From Leidyana gryllorum EB-2025a (Eukaryota; Protista; Apicomplexa): a stretch of 64,000 nucleotides of DNA. How positions within the stretch are numbered: position 1 is the first letter of the stretch; each line of letters opens with the position of its first letter. Positions 56,866 through 64,000 of the stretch are shown here, one piece after another. The notes below the pieces were generated by a model. It saw only the letters and a program-made list of their open reading frames with translations, did no database searches and had not been told where the DNA came from. Where the stretch lies: the NCBI GenBank assembly GCA_048772705.1, contig JBLWGC010000035.1:372001-436000 (forward strand). The letters run 5' to 3'. The translations under genes were made by a program, and so were the position numbers.

Positions 56866-59800
56866 TCAAATTCGCCGTCTCGAAAGTCTCCACGAGTTTG
56901 GCTCTTCGTACCGATTGAAAAGCGGCTCGATCCGTTCCCGCTGTTGACGTGTGGAGAGCTTTTGAGCATTGGCCTGAAGTATAAAATGCAGGAGACATGA
57001 TATATATATACATATATATCCAAACTCACCTGCTTGTACAGATTGGGTGCCAATTCAACCAGCCACAAGGGATTGATGGTGCAACAATCTCGGAGATACT
57101 CCTTGGTGGTCATGACGAGCTCGTGGTAGACAAGATACTCTGGATGGCATTGATATATACAGCTGGAAGGATGGAGATAGACTTGTTGATGGTCCACTAA
57201 GGTTCGGTAACCCTCTTGAGGATCTTTGCGGGCAGCGTGTCGGAAATACCCAGCGCAAATTGCTTTGCACACTCTGTTATTGTCTTTTCCAGCGCTGGTG
57301 ACTTCATAGCGGTATCGGTCCAGAATTGAGATTAGTTGTTTTCGAACCTCCTGAGCTCTCCTCAAACTCCGAACCTGAACAAAATTCTCAAAACACCAAC
57401 TGTTCGAGAACTTGCTCTGTGACCACGCCTTGTAAACCTCCAGATAGGTGATGTGATCACCTTCCACTTGATGGAACTTTGATTTCTTTTGGTCCGCGAG
57501 TGCCTGTTTGTCTCGAGGCCGATAAAAGACATTTTCCACCTGGATCATAGCTGTGATTGTGATGATCTCATCGGTGCACTTCAGATCGACAGCCACCAAC
57601 AACATCTTCCCCAACTGTGGCTCCATCGGAAACTCCGCCATCTTTCGACCCAAACGAGTCATCAAACCCTCTCCGTCCAAAGCTCCCAACTCATACAGTA
57701 CTTCTAAGGAATTCAGTAGGGTCTGATACGGCGGGGGGTCCATGAAGTCAAAATTCTGCAGATCGTTCACCCCCATAGCTTTCAGCTGCAGAACAGTGTT
57801 GGCCAAGTTGGTACGCTGAATTTCAGGAACGGCTGTTGGCAACATTTCAGACTTGTAGACTTCCTCGGTGTACAGCCGATAACACTTGCCGGGTCCTGTA
57901 CGTCCAGCACGACCCGAACGTTGGCGTGCATTCGCTTGACTAATTGGCACAACAGTCAGGGACTCTATTCCTGTCTTTGGTGAATAGACCTTCACTTTGG
58001 CCACGCCAGGATCAACCACAAAGCTAATTCCGTCAATAGTCAAAGAGGCTTCGGCAATGTTGGTGGCCACCACACACTTGCGACAGCCAGGAGGCGCCGG
58101 CTCGAAAATCATCGTTTGCATCTCGGACGGCAGGGACGAGTAGACTGGTAGAACAATCAGCTCAGGAGGGTTTTGCGACTTGAGAGCCTTCATTCGTTCG
58201 TGGAGGGTGAGACAAGCGCTATCAATTTCCTCTTGACCGGTCAAGAATACGAGGATGTCTCCCGGCGGCTCCACCAAATGAATCTGCAGAACGGTGATCA
58301 GAGCCGCTTCGACGTAGTCCGATTCCTGCTCCTTTGTGTAGAAGATTTCAACCGGATAAGTCCGCCCAGGGATGGTGAAGATTTTGGCTTGGAAGAAGTA
58401 CTCGGAGAACTTCTCGGCATCGAGAGTGGCCGAGGTGACAATGAGCTTGAAGTCGGGACGCTTGCGCAGCAAATCCTTCAAAAGGCCGAACAGAACGTCA
58501 GTGGATATAGTTCGTTCGTGAGCTTCATCCAACATGATGACAGAGTAGCGAGACAGCATGGGATCGACAATACGTTCGCGGAGGAGGATACCGTCAGTCA
58601 TATACTTGATGACAGTATCTGGGGACGTAACGTCTTCGAATCGGATTGAGTAACCGACTTCTTGGCCGAGACGGCACCCAAACTCATCAGCGACACGTTT
58701 AGCGATAGACATTGCGGCCACACGCCTTGGCTGCGTACAGCCAATTATACCTCCCCTGGCGAGACCGGCTTCCAATATATATTGTGTCATCTGGGTGGTT
58801 TTACCGGACCCAGTTTCACCAATGACAACTAGAACTTGATTTTCGGCGATGGCTTCAATCAACTTGGATCTCAACTGGAATATTGGAAGACTTTCCCGTT
58901 GTTCCAGGATACTCTTATTGGTTTTCAAACCCAAACTAACCGACTGGTTGAGATATAAGCGCTTCCACTCAGGCTGCTCATACGCTGTGTACCCGATACC
59001 CCTCAGACTCGCAGCAATAGTCCTCTCTCCGGGCTGCGGGTTCGGATCTTCCCAAGGCCTGTGGATGTCTCTCGGTATACGGCTGAGCATCTCACGCTCG
59101 GTTTGATCACGAACATCCCGTCTCTCTTTAGCTAAGACAGTCGCGGTGGCAGCTGCCCGAGCCAGCGAGCCTTCGGGGTTGGCGAGGACACGTATAGGAG
59201 ACAGTTGAACTCCAGAGCGAGTTGTTTGACCTTTGAGAAAAGGTGGCTCTATGTCGTTGATCTCAATCTCAATATCCTCTTCGGTACGCGGCTCTACAGC
59301 ACTCAGAAGGGCTTCCGCTTCGTCGACATCCAGTTCGTGTCTCTTCATCACTCCGGAGGCTTGAAGTTGTTGAACGTCCCAGCGCTCGTAATCATTGAGA
59401 CGGCGCCGTTTACTTCCCACATTGGTGGCAGCATTCGTTGTCTCCGGGAGTCTACGCTCCGGAGGCATTGAAAGAGGCACTCCAGTGATGGGGCCGTATT
59501 TACCGTCTGTCTCATCCAAATTGTCGGGTGAGGCAGCGGCCTCATCATCGCTGAGACTGAATCGACGTTCCCCTCGATTGGGTGAGCGACGGCGTTTCGT
59601 CGGCACCGTTTCACGGTCGATTAGCTCGGCAGCCCGCCGCGTGAGTGGGAAGTTGGATTCTGGCCGTTTAAGCTGAAGTTCACGACGATTAGGATTGTCG
59701 TGTATCGCCAGAGCCGGGAAGCGGACGGAGCCGTTAGCGGACCCCGTCCCCTCACTGGCTGGTCGACCCTCTTCCGTGCTGTCCGGAGGTAGCTCGGGCA

Positions 59801-60078
59801 GAGTGACTTTACTCAGTTTAGAGATGATTTGGTGAAGGGTCTTAGCCAAGTCGTAGGAGAGCCCCCAGTCTTGGCATTTATGGGCAAAGTCTTTGAGAGT
59901 CGCCGTCTCCTTGTGCGTTGCCAGTATCATATCGACAACGTCAGGGAGAGCCTGTTGAAAAGGGGATACGGGGGTATCCTGGGCAGTAGGGACTTACTTC
60001 ATCCGGTAGGTCGAGGTGATTCTGCAGCTCATTGGCTATGCGTGCCTGAAGGCCGAGGAACGCGATATCATCCAGCAT
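56866..60078 (-). CDS. PRP22: Pre-mRNA splicing DEAH helicase Prp22 (DHX8)
   Basis: [40 protein letters not shown]; spliced C-terminus [17 protein letters not shown]. Confidence 0.95.
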
Positions 60079-60254
60079 GAAATTTTGGCCTGGTTGTAAC
60101 TGATGGCTTGAAGCTTCAACAGATATCGTGGAACTGTAAGGTGCATATTGGTCTGCACCTCGAGCTTGGCTGACTACGTGTTGTACTCGCCGATTCATTG
60201 ATATTTCTCTACTTTGGTACTTCCTTTCTTCTTCTCTTCTTGTTTACCGCCAGT

Positions 60255-61421
60255 ATGATGGAAGGATTACTTCAAACTGCGGAGCTCCCATCGCCACCAC
60301 CGTCGCAACTACTTCGGAATACATCTACAAGCGAATCCGAAGACTGGATATTCGGGAAGAACAATCCTCGCGCAACACCCACCCAAAACACAACCGGAGA
60401 CGAAACATCATCATCCTCCGATGTCCTTCTCAACAACAAGATCGTACAACTCCTGATGCACACGCCCGTTGCGGCTACGGCTTCTTCGTCTCACAATGAA
60501 TGGTTGGATTCCGTTATCAGTGCGGCCTCAAATGACATTTTTGAGCCGGAACAAACCGACGAACAGCTACAGTCCCTCATCGGCATGCTCACTCATCAAG
60601 ACCAATCACAACGCGCCCGCGCTTTGAGCTTCCCGTCAGCCCAGAACTTCGAGTCCCCCCTTCTTCCCCCTTCATCCTCGAACATCGCCGTTGGTACCTC
60701 CGGTTGGTCCCCCGCCAACAGACCCTACCACTCCGTCGATCGTGCAACTGCACTAAAGAGGGACACCGCTACCACTGCTTTATCACCCGTCAGCTCCGGC
60801 GGCTCCGATCGACACGTTGCTCTGCCTCCCAAGGGCAAACGAGCTCCAGCCAAGGGCTGGTGGAAGACCGAAATCTGTAAATTCTGGAAAGAAGGATCGG
60901 GTTGCCGCAATGGCACCAATTGCCGTTGGGCACACGGAGACGAGGAGTTGCGACGCATACATCCTGCGCATGATGGTGCCGACCGTTTTGAGCGCGAACC
61001 CTCTAACCGACGACGCCCCTTACCCGAAACTTCGTCTCATAGTGAATTGAAACAAACCGCCAAGGAGGATAATGAATGGTCCTACCTCCCCCTCACTTCC
61101 CTCGGGCGCAACCAGCGCGCCAGTATCATTGACCATATCTGGCGCACTATTCGATCTGCTAGGGAGCCCTTCCTCTCACTAGAAGAAAACGTTTTCGTCG
61201 CGGGACCCCCCGGGATTCAAGTCAACCCAACGTATTGGGGGGAACTTCTCGGCGCTTTGGACTGTCACAACACTGCTGACTCCCCCGTAAGCCATCATTA
61301 TCCTTATCCTCACCCCATGTCTCCTTTGCCCGGCCGCCGCACACGCGCCGTATACGCACCTTCTCAACGAGTTGGTGTGCATATTGAACGTCCACCACCC
61401 TACTACAACCACCAATGCTAA
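60255..61421 (+). CDS. CCCH zinc-finger RNA-binding protein (single TIS11-type finger)
   Basis: WKTEICKFWKEGSGCRNGTNCRWAHGDEELR within an otherwise low-complexity ORF. Confidence 0.82.
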   Translation: MMEGLLQTAELPSPPPSQLLRNTSTSESEDWIFGKNNPRATPTQNTTGDETSSSSDVLLNNKIVQLLMHTPVAATASSSHNEWLDSVISAASNDIFEPEQTDEQLQSLIGMLTHQDQSQRARALSFPSAQNFESPLLPPSSSNIAVGTSGWSPANRPYHSVDRATALKRDTATTALSPVSSGGSDRHVALPPKGKRAPAKGWWKTEICKFWKEGSGCRNGTNCRWAHGDEELRRIHPAHDGADRFEREPSNRRRPLPETSSHSELKQTAKEDNEWSYLPLTSLGRNQRASIIDHIWRTIRSAREPFLSLEENVFVAGPPGIQVNPTYWGELLGALDCHNTADSPVSHHYPYPHPMSPLPGRRTRAVYAPSQRVGVHIERPPPYYNHQC

Positions 61422-61651
61422 TTCTGACTCTCTCACAAGGGATGCCTCTTTTCTCTTCTTCTGTTAATTGCTACTTTGCGTCACGACGGATTTCTTCTCT
61501 ATACACTACACTGTGTTACTGACTTATTCTCATCAATGCAATACCATTCTCTGAAGTGTGTGCCCTTTCCGATCCGCCGCTGTCTCACACTCATACCGTG
61601 CCCGCGGTCGTGCCGAAGCAATCTGATTGCCGTGGATCATAGCGAGCGCAT

Positions 61652-62708
61652 TTGAGGAAGTTGTGCACCATGACGCAGGATTGCTCCCTGGCATCTGTAC
61701 ACTTCCCAAACAGACTGATTGGCTGTTGTGCCTCGTCCTCTGGCCTTCGTCAGCAGACGCGTTGTGCGCGGCCGTGTAGCTTCCTCTCTGCATATGTTGC
61801 TCGATCTGTGATAATTTGCCTTCTCGACTGTTTGCAGGCCCAAGAGGCCCAGGGTACTTCGTGCAGCCTGTGTGGGCAAACACAGCGTTCGTCGCCCCGA
61901 CGCGTCGTGCACTTCAGCAACAGTTCTGCTGGTCCCTGCGGCCCACTTAATGTCCGCGTCTGTGACAGGTGCCACTATCTGGCAGAAGAGAAGGCCGCCA
62001 GTATTATTTTACCCACAATGATCCCCAAGAACATGGAGGATCGAAGCCGCCTGGCTCTTTGGGGAATGAAAATAGCTGAGTGAGCCAAATACAGTGTTGT
62101 GTACACTTTATTGCTGTGTAGATTGTTGCGAGCGTGCGAAGACGGAAGTTGGGTATTGCGGGGAACTGTGATGGACATATTTGCCTCCGACACCCCCCGA
62201 GATTTCTGGTCCATGCATCTCAGACAGTGCGCCCGCCTGTGTGTTGTGGTGAGTGCTCAACCCAATAGCGAGCGTACGAGGAGACACAACAATTTGTTCA
62301 TCTCAGATGAGGAATTATGTTGAACTACTGCCTGTTACCCCGAGAACGCAGTTATTCACGACCGAAGTACTAGACAACCTCAGCCTGTGCGAGTGGACAG
62401 CTGTGGCGCACCAATCAGCCCTCTTTCTCGCGCTGATCTTTTCGGGATTCCCTATGCCCAACTTCGCGATCCCCCTCTCCGCGGTTCCCTACGCGCAGCC
62501 CGTTGCGACTCCGTCCTCAATAACTGGTCGCGCAGGAAGAGATTGGCGGGTGGCGCCTTCGTCCCCCGCTGGCTCCTCCACTGACCTGGACCCACCCTCT
62601 CAGGGCGCGGTAGATCTATTTCCCGCAGTACCGGATACGTCCTCGCCGTCTTGGACGGCCCAATTGCTAAAGTTACAACAACGTCGTGCCGCAGGAAATA
62701 TCCGATAA
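61652..62708 (+). CDS. Hypothetical spliced protein with a Cys-paired (zinc-finger-like) segment; start uncertain
   Basis: CSLC...VRVCDRC. Plausible short introns near 62079-62121 and 62269-62306 link ORFs 61652-62083, 62099-62323 and 62253-62708. Confidence 0.4.
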
Positions 62709-64000
62709 ATTAGAAGGATATCCGCGTGTCAAACAACGCAACCCACATTCTAGTGCGCCCACTACATCCGTTATCCGGTTTCTTTCGTACATACTTATCC
62801 ATACACATACACACTTCATAACAGGTCCATCAGGTCAGGATGCACACAGATGATGTCACTAGGTCGGTGACGTCGAAAGTTTAAGCAATTCTTGCTTCGT
62901 CACCTACAACGTTTTGTGGCTAATGACCGACCTATTTTCTTATTAGGCGGGGAACAACAATACAGATCTGGAGCGACTAACCACCGATACTGCTGCTGCT
63001 GTTGCTACCTATTCCAACGACCCCGTCCAGTCATAACATCGAACACATAACCAGCAACAATGTCAACAACAGAACCGCGCGAGCGAGCATCGACTCAAAC
63101 CGAGCAGGAGAGGTACCAGCTGCTGCTGTCAAGAGATCATTTGCAGACGCGCTTTGCCTGACAATCTGCTCATACAAACGCACTGCTACTGCTCTGGGGT
63201 ATCGGTGTGGGTGTCCGACCGGTCATGATACCCCCATATGTTCTCTCCAACCTTCATCCCACCATTTTCTTTCGCCCTCTACGCCTACTTTGTCCTCTCC
63301 CCCTCCATTCTTTATGCATTTATGCTAGGGGGTGCGAGAGTACTCCCTGGAGATAGGTCACACAATTATGAAATAGCTCCCTGTCCCTTTGTTGCCATAC
63401 ACTTCTTCGGAATCCCCTACCAACTCCAAGTGCCTGCGGTATAAGTATCTTATTGCTGCTCAGTGTCCTGCCACCGCTGTAACGCCTCAAACAATGCTAG
63501 CGCCATCGTCATCCTATCCACCAAATGTAATTGTCTATAAACATACGATATGGTTCAGAGTGGTAAACCTCAAAGGCACGAACTTTCATCAAGCGCGCAG
63601 ACTCCGCCTACTTCGAGACGTATTCATCTCTCCTTTGGCCGGGAGCTAGTCACTCGACCTTGTCGTACGTAGGAATTTAAGACTTCGAACCACATCCAGC
63701 AAGTTATCGAGAGTCGAATGAGCAGATGATCGAGTGACTCCCAAGAGAATGAGGGTGTCTCCGATCACAATACATGTACCCTTTGTGGCATCTTGATATG
63801 CTTGAAGCAGTCAGACCACTACCTGATCGACGAGCTGACAAGTCTCTGTTGACAATCATACTCGCGTCGGGTCAATGAAGACACAGAATTCGAGAGGAGT
63901 GATTGACAAACGGGTCGGTGAACGTCCAGTCCGTCGGTCTGACTTGTTCAAGCAATTCAATCTTCCATTTTCAATGAAGCGCTCCGTCAATGTGTGAATC

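Noticed and set aside
62710-64000. Short ORFs and possible ncRNA at the window end
   Set aside because: No recognisable protein motif, tRNA fold or snRNA signature; may be UTR or part of a gene extending beyond the window.

Overview
Gene-dense eukaryotic DNA with many very short (about 30-50 nt) GT-AG introns and intergenic gaps often under 50 bp. A myosin with six IQ motifs, a coiled coil and a WD40 tail (class XXII/MyoF architecture) and a possible AP2-like domain point to a compact apicomplexan genome, perhaps a gregarine (inference). Most of the window is housekeeping: two kinases, a CPSF6-like RRM protein, Sly1, MyoF, a Nup155-like nucleoporin, allantoicase, TFIIF-beta, reticulon, an SLC35F-type transporter, PWP1, TFIIA large subunit, a DUF4139/DUF4140 protein, HscB, Prp22 and a CCCH protein. 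The stand-out is a 15 kb minus-strand island (6075-21417) of four tandem, intronless genes of the bacterial-type 5'-nucleotidase family. These are a soluble secreted copy, a GPI-type copy, a 2425-aa copy with two catalytic modules on a ~900-aa Thr-rich mucin stalk, and a disrupted copy that has lost its metal ligands. The modules share an extra beta-rich domain and differ at catalytic and substrate-pocket positions. I recognised no rRNA, tRNA, CRISPR array or mobile element. Exon boundaries were inferred by eye and are not verified.
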